Shown: positions 36,419 through 48,615 of the stretch, in pieces
How the letters are laid out: every line of letters starts with the position of its first letter
How positions within the stretch are numbered: position 1 is the first letter of the stretch
DNA from: Vicugna vicugna
Lineage: Eukaryota
NCBI GenBank assembly: GCA_013265495.1
Contig: MU060503.1
Coordinates: 79,639-143,638 of the forward strand
DNA length: 64,000 nucleotides
Direction: 5' to 3'
Notes under the pieces: generated by a model
Told to the model about the DNA's origin: nothing
Databases searched by the model: none
Seen by the model: only the letters and a program-made list of their open reading frames with translations
Position numbers and translations under genes: made by a program

Positions 36419-38557
36419 TGGAGGGTGACGGTGGGGAGCAGCCTGTCTGCCACGTACCACCAGGCACCAGGGAGTCCGGGACGGATCGGCCTTTGGCCTG
36501 GGCTTTTGTCAAGAGAAGGGCTAGGATAGGGCAAGACTTCTAGACAGTGGCTGCCAGCTCCAAGCAACCTCGCCAGGACCGGTGGCGGACAGTCACACAG
36601 GGCGTGGGGTGGGATGCACCCAGCCTGGAAGGGCAACTGGCTGTAGGGGCTGCCCAAGATCCTGCCCGGCTCAGGCCTCTCTTCCAATGACCTGTGGTTA
36701 GAGTAGTCTTGCCCACAGTGTCCGGCAGAGCATCAGTCCTGGGAAACGCTCGGCCACAAACGGAGCTCCATGGCCCATGCACCCGCCTCTCCGTTAGCCA
36801 CAAAGTGGGCTGGCTGAGGCCGGCAGGAAGGGGAGCTGCTTGGCTGCATCGAACGCAGTGAAGTGCCCGTTGTGTCCCCCAGCTAATGACTTCTTGTGGA
36901 ATTAGTGTGCTGAGACACACGGTTTGGCAAACACGAGTGCAGGGAAGAGCACTAAATGAAAGTCAGGAAACAGGGCTTCTCAGCCTGGTGTGGCCGTCAG
37001 CTGGAGCCTGGGCTCTGCAGCTCCTGCCAGGAGAGTGCTCGGCTGCTCGACACTCGTCAGTGGACCTGATGGGCCTGCACTCCTGGAGATAAGTCAGGGG
37101 CCTCGGAGAGGGGCGTGATGTGCCCACCTGAGCTGCTGCTTCTCTTATTCTCTCCTGGCCCTGCTATTGGCATGAAACAGTCCTGAGTCCCCCTAATCCT
37201 CAGAAACCTGCTTACCCTATTCCAGGGCTCAGGGCTCAGTGATAGGTCTGTCATGTGTGACGGGCTTTGGGGGCCAGCCCAAGAGACCCACTGCATCTCT
37301 GGGGCAGAGGGGAACTGTCACTTCCTATCTGCCATTTGTCTGGGTGGAGCGTTTGTGGGTCGGATATTTAGAAACCTGAGTGTCCCCTAGGCCCCGCCTT
37401 TCATCCCCCGCAGCCCAGCTTAAGAGTAAGAGGGATCCCATTGAAGGATATAACCAGAGGGCTGGAGCTGGACACTCAGGCCTCCTAGGTCGCTGTTCAA
37501 GGTCCTTTGGCTCCCTTAGAAGGCAGGCTGGATGTGCTGGCGTGAGGCTGCCCTGAGGTCCTTTGTAGACCCCCAGTTAGGAGGCCCAGAGGAAGCCAAC
37601 ACCACATGTCTGCCGGGGCCTCCTCAGGCCCTGCTCCTCTGCAGCTGAGGAGTTGGCGGGTTGGAGTAGGCTTTCCAGGCAGCAGAATGCATGACCACTC
37701 AACACCCCAGACCCACAAGGTTCCAGAGAAGAGAGCAGTGAGCACAGCTCAGCTTCTGACCCACAGGGATGGCTGTTTTCACCTGCTATTATTTTCTGGC
37801 AAACCTGATTTTTATCCCTTTCCTGGCAGACAGTCCCGGGAGCAGCCTTCAGAGCCTCCCCCCTCCCCCCGCCCCCACATTCTCCCTCTGAGGTTCACAC
37901 TCAGCTCCATCCACTCAAGGCCCACTGCCTCTGGATCCCCAGCCAGCCCCTGATTCAGTTTGGCAGCCTCTGAGACGTCCCTCACATGGCCAGGTTTCGC
38001 CGCTGCCTCCACGTATAAGTCCTGAGGCCCGACTTAGTGATGCTGGCTGCAGCGCGGACGGGGTGTGAAGTGCCCTTTGAACACAGCTCCCAGCAGCTGT
38101 CTTTGGATGTTGCCCTCCTTGGCCAACACCGCTTTCACTGCCCCGGCTTCGGCGGTGGGAGCGGCAGCACGGGAGGAGAGGGGCCGGTTCTGCTGTTGGT
38201 GGTCACTCTTAAGCACAGTGTGAGGGCTGCTTGCCAAGCTGGGATGCAGCCTCCATGGAGAGGGAGGTGGGCCCAGGGGGAGGTCAAAGGACCTTTAACC
38301 CTTCCCAGCCAGACTCAGCATTGTCATCCCAAGAAACCTAGAAGCATTGACCTGTGAGCCATAACAATGCCAAGACTTTGCCGTCTTGTCACCAATCCCA
38401 CAGTTCAAAATCGTCTTCAAGCTTTACATCTAAACTGAGTCTTTTTGCCCTAAATGTGGTCATTTTCTTGGTAGTGTTCTTGTAAATAAAATTTTACTTA
38501 TTAAACAGACATTTCTTAAATGTCTGTTACATGCCAGGCGTGTAGTCTTCATGACAT

Positions 38558-38712
38558 CAGTGCTTCTCAAACCTGAATGTGTGTTTGAAACACATGGCAT
38601 TTCATTTAAACACAGGTTCTGCTTCAGGAGATCTGGGTGGAACCTGAGATGCTGCATTTCTAACACGCTCCCAGGTGCTGGTGCTGCCGGCTCTGGGCCA
38701 CACTTTGAGTAG
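38558..38712. mobile_element. MER5A hAT-Charlie MITE
   Basis: cagtgcttctcaaac...ctgcatttctaacacgctcccaggtgctggtgctgccggctctgggccacactttgag. Confidence 0.85.
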
Positions 38713-38858
38713 TCAGACATTGGATGGCTGATGGGTCATAGGTGATGGGCCAGTTTCATAGACAGGCTGACTGAGGCACATTCTTTTACTGATGTGACGT
38801 CAGAGGTGGTGGTCCATCCTGAGAGTATTGAGTTCCAGCCACCAGATTTTCTTTAGGA

Positions 38859-39035
38859 TGGTGGTTCTCAGCCTAGCTGTCCATTAGAATCTCACTGGGA
38901 AACGATTTTAGAATATACCAGCGCAGGGGCTCTCCCCCAGACCAACTGGATTAGACCCTCCAGGGATGGGCCTGGGCATACTTTTTAAAAAGACTTTCTG
39001 GCTAATTATGTGGTGCAGTAGGTTGAGCACAACTG
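38859..39035. mobile_element. MER5B/MER5A1-like hAT MITE
   Basis: gtggttctcagcctagctgtccattagaatc...ccccagaccaactggattagaccctccagggatgggcctgggcat...ggttgagcacaactg. Confidence 0.75.
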
Positions 39036-42000
39036 CTAGGAAGATACTCCAGAGATGCCCCACTGTGCCGCCGTTGTCACTTATGAACCAGCTGACCCTG
39101 CCTTTCACCCCATTAATCAGCCAAGAAGTGGGTACCAGGTCCTGGACTCTCTGCTGAGTGATGTGGGGGATTCCGAGCCTGAGCTGGTCGGAGAACAGCA
39201 AAGCAAGTGAGACCTTCCCTTCACCTTGCCCGACCTCAGTTTCCCCTATGTGCAGTCAGGAGGGTGGGCTGGACCATCTCAGCAGACCTTCCTCATGCAC
39301 CTTGCTGTTCTGAGATTTCCCCTCAGACACCTCCACACTAACTGAGTCAGCCAGGTGGGGGCCAGAGCTGCCTCTCCTCTTCCACTGGCCCCATTTCTCT
39401 CTGCTCTCAACTTCTTTCCCCGGATCCTTTTCCTTTTTCTTGGCCTCAGCCATTGGTCAGAGCAGCTATCACATGTTTAAGGGAAAGGGCTTCACTCTCA
39501 ACCCACGTTGCCAGGCTGGGCCCCCCGCAAAGCTGAGGAGGTGATTCGTTTCCCTGCCCAGCCTGCCTCACCCCACCCCTTCCCACTCTGCTCCCAGCTG
39601 CATGTTTGCAGGGTCCGACACCCACCAGAGTATGTGAACTGATGGATTCTGACTTGCAGGAGAATGTGGGCTGCCCACGGCCCCTGGGTTACAGAAGTCA
39701 CTAAAACTCTGCCTTGATCCTCTCCAGGGAATTGTGCAGCGGTGGGAGGGAAGGGGGCTCTGGTTTCACAGAGAGGTGAAGAATGAGCGTGCCTCTTTTT
39801 ATGGGACCTTTGGAATGACAGGAATTGGAGGCCTGAGCCCCCTCCGCCCAGCGCTGCCCCGTCACCACCCGGGCCTTCCACTTGGGCTCAGGGAGTGCTC
39901 CTCTGCCGAGATATGCTTGGGTAGAATAAGTTCAAGCCCTCCTCTGTTGAAATGTGTGTGCCCTGTTTAGCCGAGAGGTGTCTGCATCTGAGCTATGCAG
40001 AGCAAAGTATTATTAGAGCAGGCATCAGTGTGTCTGTAACTGAACCCAACTCTCCCTAGCAACCGTTGTCAACAACACATCTAACAGAAGGAGGCAATAC
40101 CTTTTTTTGATAAAAAAAAAAAAACAAAAAAAAACCTCATTTCACCAAGTCGTAAACACAGCAGGGCTGTTGTGAAAAGACAAAGCAAAATCAGAATCTG
40201 GCATGTGACCAGGTTTCAAAATAAATTGGTCTCTGCCAGCACCTTCTAGAAGACAGCCTCTTAAGAAGCTGACCTGGAGCTAGAAAATGGATAAACCTGT
40301 CAGAGTTTCTAGCTGGGTCACCATTAAGCAACTGTCTGGAGCTTTTGATACACAGAAACTCAGTCAAGTGCTGACAGGGGGTCCACTGTTGGGGCTGGTG
40401 GTGGGGGGGTGGCCTCTGGGAGTGATTTTAACTGTGGGTTTTGGCCCCAGAAGGGGCACTCGTGATTTTCTGGTCTGGCTGCCCCATCAGTGAATCAAAA
40501 TACAAGCTACATCTCCAGGGCTGGTATGGCCTGCCCACCCCACTCCTACCCCGTCTCTCCCATCCCTGCCCCATCCTGGCCCCGCGTTTGCAGCTTGGTC
40601 ACAGGGACTGGGTTATTCCTCTGATTCTGCTCATAAAAGGGAACCTCCTTCCCTCCGGCTGTCTCAGGGTTTCAGGACAATCAAAAGGTGTCCCTCTTTA
40701 CCCAAAGTTTGGAGTTCCTAACCCCAGTCTTCTGCAGAGGGAGGGAGGAGAGGGACACACATTGGTTCTTGGGGTTCTAACCAGCTCTAAGTTGTAAGTT
40801 CCTCGAGGAGCAGGAATCCTGGTTATGTGATCAATCATGACTTGTATTAGGCGCTCAGCAAGAGTCTGTGGAGGGGGGGACGGAGCCCCAGTCTTAGGTG
40901 CTGGTGCTCCCTGCTGTGAGATAGGCTTCTCAGTTCTTCTGGGCACCTTCGTGCGTGTGAACGTGGAGATTCTCTCTCCGAGGTAGGTTCCAGGGCAGGG
41001 ATCATTCTCCACGTTCACAGATGAGGATGGTGGCTTCATGAGGCTACAAGTCTTACACAAAGTCATGGGGCTGAATGGGGGTGGTCAGTCCAGCACCCCA
41101 AGCTCTTGGCTCCCATGCCACTCGCCAGGTAGGGTGGAAGGGTTGGAAAGTTGGAAAAATCAGGGACCTGTCTCATGACGCTATCGGTGGGGATTTCAAA
41201 GTCCATCCTCCTGGAAGAATCCCACTGTGTTTCCAGTGGTCTCTGAGTCTCAGGCATTCCAGGCCAGTGGGGGACTGAGGGTGTCCGAGGAAACACCTCC
41301 ATGGCTCCATCTCTTTACCCAGATGAACCATATAGCTGTCCTTCTGAGGCTGGCTCTCCCCTCGCATCCTCTCCCTCAGCTCGGAGCTCCACCTTCCCTT
41401 CTGCACGCCCACCACTGAGCCGATGTGCACTCCAGGCATGTAAACTAATTTTACTGTTGGCCCAAGCCAGGCATACCCAGGGATAGAAGCACATTGTTCT
41501 GTGCATTCCAGAGCCTGAGCAAAGCCCTGGGCTGTACCCACCCGGAGCTCCCCTCCACTGGTTGCTAGAAGTCAAGAGGGGAGGCAGTAAAGGGCTAGCA
41601 GGCAGTGCAGACAACTCTCCCGTGCGCAGATTGCAGAGGGTGATTTTGGAGGCCCACAAAGATCTCTTTTTCTAAAACATGTTGCCCCTTGGGCACCTTG
41701 CGAGTCGTCGTTCCCATGCTGAAAACCGTGCCCTGCAAGGGCCAGGCAGAGCTGGCCCACACATTTCCTGACGGTGGGCACCACACGCTGTGACACAGGA
41801 CCTTGACCTGCGTAAGGGTCTGTGGCAGACGCAGCTGCCCGGCCAGGGACAGCGATGCCTGGCCGGCACCCAGGCTCTTAGCCCACCCGGCCAGAACCAG
41901 AGCCGGAGGGAGGCCTGTGCCTCCTGCCAAACTTGTTGCCCCGCTTGCTTTGGAATGAGTGCATTTCACCTTCTTTCTTCCGATCCTTATGTCTCTGTCT

Positions 42001-42984
42001 TATTGAGCACCTGCTGTGTACCGTGCGCCATGGCAGAGCCCATGTGTGTCATCTCTGTTCATCTGCCCTCCTCTCTTGTCTCATCTCCCAGTCTGTGCTG
42101 GTGTGGGCACTGTCCCAAATCTAAATGTTTTATTCAAGGACCCAGCTACGATGTCTCAAGTCAGGTTTTCCTGGCTTGGTTGGGGCACGGTGGCTTCCAA
42201 AAGTGCTAAATCTAAGGCCCCTTCTAGAACTCTGGAATGCCCCTTGGACAGAAGCAGCCTGTGACTTGAACAGGAAAAAAAAAAAGAAAGCATTTTCATT
42301 TCTTAATCTGAAAATAAACAGAGGGAAGGAAAGGCCAGCTCCGGAAGGAGCCCAGGACAGCAGCCTGCCAGTCAAGTTCTACTGTCCGAGGCTGTGTCCC
42401 CAGGTGTCCTGGGGGCAAAGACTGTGTCCATGTCATCTTTGTGTCCCCCACCATGCTCACACATAGCAGGTATTCAGCAAGCATCAGACTGCTGCTTGCA
42501 GGAGCTGCAGCCCGTGGGGATGAAGGTGCATTTGTGGGCAGGTGCCGGGGCGACAGGAGAAGGGACGGCTCTGTGTCCTGCTCCCTCCTGCCTCTGGGCA
42601 GGGAGCTTTACCCGGGTCAGGAACTGTTTCACCATCACCCGTGTCCCTTGCCAGGCCGTGTCCTCTTCCCTGCACACCCTCACCTCCCACCCCGGCTTCA
42701 TTTTCCCTGCTAAATCCCCTGATAGAACTTGGCCAGGCGCTCCCCTGTCTGAGGCTGCCACGCCAAGGCAGGCGCTGCAGATAAGTGGGTTATCGGAGAA
42801 GGCAGCTCGGGTGTCCCGGGCCCCAGAGGGTCACCCCTGGCTGGCTGGCAGCTCCCCTCCCAGCACCTCCTCCTCCCCGCTCCGCAGAGCCAGGCCAGCA
42901 GGAGACAGCAGTTCCTTTCCCGCAGCTCAGCAAGTGGCCGGCCCCCAGCCGCCTCCGGGAATCCGAGCTATGCTAAGCCGCTCC

Positions 42985-43141
42985 NNNNNNNNNNNNNNNN
43001 NNNNNNNNNNNNNNNNNNNNNNNNNNNNNNNNNNNNNNNNNNNNNNNNNNNNNNNNNNNNNNNNNNNNNNNNNNNNNNNNNNNNNNNNNNNNNNNNNNNN
43101 NNNNNNNNNNNNNNNNNNNNNNNNNNNNNNNNNNNNNNNNN
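42985..43141. other. Assembly gap (157 N)
   Basis: Run of N. Confidence 1.
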
Positions 43142-43424
43142 AGGGAGGCTCCCAGCCTCCCCAGAGGGAGAGCGGTGGCCCCTGGTCAGGGAGGGGACAC
43201 AGAGGGTCATTTTTTGAAAGGGGCGCAAATAGTCTTGAGCGATTGCCTGAGATCCTTCTCTGGACCCAAGGTCCTCAATGCCCCCAAGGAGACTGTTGTT
43301 CCCTGTAAGTGCTCGCTGAGCCCGGAGGCCTGCCTAAGACACTCGACTGGCAGAGTGAGAAAGACTCAGGAGAGCTGGACTCGTGGGAGACATGAAGGAG
43401 AGGGGGGGGCATTGCTGCCTTGTT

Positions 43425-44060
43425 TGGTTTGGTTTGGTTTTTTTAAATTTGTTTTATTTTTTAATTGCAGAAAGTTATATGCAACATGGAAGTTACCATC
43501 TGAACCATGTTTAAATGCGTAGCTCGGTGGCACTAGGCACAGCCACAGCATTGCACCCACCCCTGCAGAACCCTCTCATTGTCCCGAACAGAAGCCCGGT
43601 AGTCACCAAAGAGTAACTCCCAGCCCCGCTACACGCCCACTCCCCCTTCTGTCTCTGTGAACTCGCGCTCTGTGCTCTATGCTCACCACAGTATAAGTGG
43701 AATCGTATAGCTGTCCTTTTGTGTTTGGCTTATTTCCCTTAGCATCATAGCATCATGGCTTCCAGGTTCTTTCCTGTGGTAGCACATGTCAGAATTTCTT
43801 TCCTTTTCATGGCTGAATAATATTCCATTGTGTGGATTTTACCACATTTTGTCTATCCCGCCATCCATCCATCATAGATGGACACTTGGGTTGTTTCACC
43901 TTTGGGCTATTGTGAATAATGCCACTATGAACATGCCACATACAAGTATCTGAACCCCTGCTTTCAATTATTTGGGAGATACACCTAGCAGTAGAATTGC
44001 TGGATTTTATGAAAATTCTACATATAACTTTTTAGGAACTGCCAAAGTGTTTTCTGGAAG
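43425..44060 (-). mobile_element. L1MB-like 3' region, antisense, with (TTTGG)n tail
   Basis: ttccttttcatggctgaataatattccattgtgtggattttaccacattttgtctatc...gatggacacttgggttgtttcacctttgggctattgtgaataatgccactatgaacat. Confidence 0.9.
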
Positions 44061-47000
44061 TTCATTTTTGATGGGGGAACTGAAATGACCCCAGACCCAG
44101 GTGAGGGACAGTGAGGACACTGCCTTACCTAGAATCCAGGGTGCAGGTAGAGAGTTGGAGGAAGTATGTAACATGGGGAAAAAAAGGGTTTGGACTTTAT
44201 GAAGTAGAACCAGGGAGCCATTGTTGGTTCTTGAGCTGTGGCATCCTGAGATTAATTAAAAATCAGTACAGTACACACCTGCAGGATCTGTAGATGATCC
44301 ACCCAACCCATTCATAGTGTAGATAGAGGTGGAGGCCCAGGAAGGTTGACAAAAGCCCTGCTTCAGGAAGATGTGGATGCTGGGCTATATGCTGTCAGTC
44401 ATGCTTCGAAATCTATTTTACAGAGGACTGGGGTTTTAGGTAACCATAGTCATCTGTTTTGTAAAGAGAGCACACACAGATTGAAGCCTGCCCCTCAAAG
44501 ATCCATGCAGCGGTGGCAGGCCACATTCCCCCCTTCTCCCAGGACGTGCTTCCACCTTGGTACATGGAACAGCAGCGTTCAGCCACCCACCCCCTACAAT
44601 CCAGATGCTGGAAACTGGGGTTGCTATGAGGAGGGCGATGGACTGGCATGAGAGATGTACTCATGGACCTCTGCTCCCCTTCCTTCTGCGGGTGCCACAA
44701 CAGGCTCCAAGAGCTACGAGAAAAAGTCAGTGGGCACCTTTGAACTGAGGCTTCGCAGCCGAGGGCACACGGCCTGGGTTGCAAAGTAGGCACCAAGCCC
44801 GTGGCCTGCTGGCAACCTGGGGGGAGAGTGAACAGGGCTCTCCCCATGTGCCTTTCGCCCTGTCCCGCGGCCCCCTCCACACTGCTGTGTGCTCCTCTCC
44901 CCCTCCTTTCGCCCGTACCTCTGTGCACTGGCTGTGCTCTGGATGCCTGGCATCAGTCACAGCGACTGATTAGAAGTTAGTGCGTGTGGGGGGTGGGGGA
45001 ATGGAAGGAGGATGACAGGACAACTTTTTAAAGAGCCAGCAAGAATGCCACACTTGTCTCGAACTCACTGCTTTCAGGGTGGCCGGGCTCTGTCTCCCCT
45101 AGATAAAGAAGAGGTCCCTTTAAGCAGACAGCCTCCCAGCTGCCCTCCAGATGGCCACTAAGAGGTCACCAGGCATCCCGGGGTGCAGAGTGTGATGCAA
45201 GGGAGCAAGTGGGCTGCATCTGTGCCTCGGTTACCCCGCAGGCGATTATCATCATGTGAACAATCCAAACTCGTCTTACTCCCAGTTGCTAATTTCTTCT
45301 TACCTCTAGACCTTTCCCTGTTTGGTGGCATGTCTATCCAGGAGAGGTAGTGACCCTCCACCAGGAAGCAGGGGCTGGACTGTGTGGCCCCTTGAGGTCG
45401 TCTTCCAGCCCAGGAGCTCTTGCTGTAGCCTGAGAACCATCAGCATACAGAACTTGCCCTTGGGACTCGAAGTTCAGAATCAGGGCTCCCTGGGCACCCA
45501 CAGGGTCTCCATTCCCTGCTGCCTCGTACTTGGTGTTCCTAGTCTTCAGGGAAAGACGGTGGCAGCCCCTGCTGGTCTCACCTCACCCACAGTTCCAGCC
45601 GGCAGTGCGGGGAGAGGTTGGGCTGTCCCCTGTGGGGGATCAGACTGTGACATTCAGGGAACCACTTTGACCCTTTGGTGGCCTTCCAGGTCCCAGTTCA
45701 CAGAGGGGGAAAAAAGTTTCAGGCCACTCAGAAATGTGGAGACAGATATGCCCTGCCAAGAACAGTGCCCCCTGGGATAGCTGCCCAGCCCTCCCCCTTA
45801 CGGAAGCCCCTTGCCCCCCAAATCATCCCACTCCTGACAGTGCCCAGCTAGGAGCAAGCATGCTCCGGAGAAGCTGTGCCACCGTGGGTGTGCACGCCCA
45901 GATCATTCCCATCCAGACCACTAAGCAGAGGGCCCGAGGGCCACCACACTGCCGCGTAGGGCCCCCACCTCCCAGCTGGGCCACCGAGCAGGGGCAATAC
46001 CGAAGGAGGGAGGAGCTTCGGTGGTATCCGGGGACGGCTGGGCTCCAGCTCCAGCTTATGATGATCTGTCTATAATTGGAGTAAGTGCATTCTGGAGCAG
46101 CTGCATATAAATTGGAGCTCCACATACTGGACTCCCACTTACCATTGACCCCATTAGATGACAGTCATTGCATTACTCTGGGTGTTGGAAAAAGTCTGAT
46201 TAGAATAGTATCTCTAACATAGGGCTGGTAGCAGAGGCACCTGGAATTCAGCCTGCAGGCCCCAGAGACACACTCCTGATGACACCCTGCTGTGTGATAT
46301 AAGAATTATTGACGGAGCCCGGAGTCCGACACCTACCTTCTAACCTGGTTCTGGCACGCCAGCTGGCAACAGGGGGCAGATCTCACAGTCTGGCCACTTA
46401 CTGTTCCATTAAATGGGGTAAAAATACCTGTCTCCTCCCCACTGCTGACCCCACTGACATGATCATTGTTAAAATCCACTGAAACACATATTTTGTCTGT
46501 GCCTTCTTAAGGCTCCTCCCCCAAGAAGAATTTCTAAATTTCACAAAAGGATATTTTTCCTTTTGCCCTTGATGAATCCCATTTGTTCAAGGTTCCTAGG
46601 AGAGGGCCAGCAAAAACCTTCTTCCACAAGCCCAGGGGCCCCCAAGTCATGCTAGGTTTGGGGGTTCAGATGGAGCACTGGGGACAGCCCTGGGATCCAG
46701 CCACAAGGACAGCTCTCACAGGGGCCCTGGGACTGGTGTTGAGGCCCTGTTAAGTCCCAGGAAAGCAGGGGCCACTGGCCTCTACCGGATACTTAGAGGC
46801 CTGCTGGTGGGGCCAGGCCAGCTCAACCAGAGAACAGTTTAGGAAAATCAGAGGAAGGGGCAAGCCCTTTAAGTGCTAGCAGCTGGAGAAGGCGTCCTGG
46901 AGGAGGCAACATGAAAGAAGAGGAAGGATTGGGTGGAGAAAGAGCTAAAGCAAAGGCTTGTGAGTGGGAGGAGCCTGGAGAGGGGCACGATTTTGCAGGA

Positions 47001-48424
47001 GAGCGTGGTGGGATGAGATAAGTCGCACACTGCCAGCCTGGCCGAGGGTGTCCGGGCAGCAGCTGGGGGCTCTGAGAGTGTCGGCAAGCCCCAGTGTGCT
47101 GTGGCCCATTCATCTGCTGGCACTTGCTTCTCACCATTGCAGGCCAAGACTGTTCTAATCCAGAACTAAAACTTCTACCTTAAGATCATGGAAGTCCCTG
47201 CCAGCCTTGGCCCTCAGTCATTCTTGAAAGGTAGGCAGGGAGGGGCACTGCGTCTGAGCCCCCGGCCAGCCCGCTGAGGGGCTCCAGACACTGGGGTTTC
47301 ACCGAGGCAGATAGTGTGGGGCCTGGCGTTCGAGGCCAGGAGACCCCCCGCCTCCCCTGCCTGACCAGTTCATGCCTCTCGGGAGAAGGGAAGTTCCAGA
47401 TGCCACCTCGAGTGGCCCACTCAGCCCCTCTTTATGGGCCAGCTGCTTCCAAGAGCCATGTGGAGGTGGGTGCCCACACACTTACCCACACAGTCTGCAG
47501 TGCTGGGGACGTCATATTGCCCCTTCCTCCCGCGGCAGCCATGCAGTCTGCCGGGAACCAGAAGCAGGGCTCCGTGTGATGCCTGGGGCCGGGCAGGTTC
47601 GCAAAGCAACACTCACAGCATTTACCTCCCCCTCTCTGCAGAAGCCCCATCCCTCCTCCCCCAGCACATTTTTTTCTGGCCTGCCTCAAGGGGTACAGCA
47701 GGAGACAGGAAGTCTGAAGCCAGCATCTTGCCTGGCCCGGGGCCTCAGTGTCCTCATGTGGTCCAGGGGTGTGGTGCGACTCCCCACTGGGCAGCAGGGC
47801 TCTTGGCTCCTCCTGTTCTGCTCTCACAGCCCCTCGGGCGCCTTGGGCTTGTGAAGGTCATGTGCGGGTCCAGGACTGGGAGAGCCTGGGAAACATTTGA
47901 GGTCCCTCTCAGCTCTTTGTTATTCTGAGGCAGACATTCTGGGCATACAGACGGTGCCTGTCAATTGCCATCTGCTGTCAAATGGTGGGTTGACACTCCT
48001 GGCCAGGAGGGGTCCTACTCCTGGCCACTCCTCACTATCCTCCTGGTTGGGTGTATGGAGTCTGTACCAGCCTCACGGGCAGAGCAGCCTGCAGGGGGCG
48101 CGAGCGCTCAAGGCCAGCCTCACCTGCCTGCAAGCCCCTCCCAGCCCAACCCAGCATCTTGGCAGCCTCCATGTGGTCCCACAGGGATAATTTAAGCCAT
48201 ATAATGGTGACTTTGCCACAAAGCCACCCTCCAGTATTGGAAGTTTCCGGCCCCTGTAGGGCCCCAGCCCTGAGAACCAGAAACCTCAGTTTTGGGGTCC
48301 CTTCCAGACCTCTAGGGCAGGCCAGCCTGGTGCTCATTCCCCCAGTGTCTGAAGGTTCCCAACTGTCAGGTGTTTGGCTGAGAGCACTGTTTCCTCCTCT
48401 CTTTCAGTAGGGCAGTCACTCTGC

Positions 48425-48615
48425 AGGCATTTATTGTGCCCTGGCTGTGTGCAGGCGCTGCACCCCAAGTTCTCATTAGATTTGCAAGGTGGGCATTAAT
48501 TGTCCCAGTCTACACATGGGTAGAGAAAGTGCCAGGAAGCTTAAGAAACACGCCTGAAGTCACACAGCCAGTCAGTGACAGAGGTGGAACTGGACCCCAG
48601 CCTCCCGGTGCCCGG
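48425..48615 (-). mobile_element. MIR SINE
   Basis: gcttaagaaacacgcctgaagtcacacagccagtcagtgacagaggtggaactggacccc. Confidence 0.7.

Noticed and set aside
42394-43308. 304-aa ORF
   Set aside because: Spans an N gap; no protein-like features
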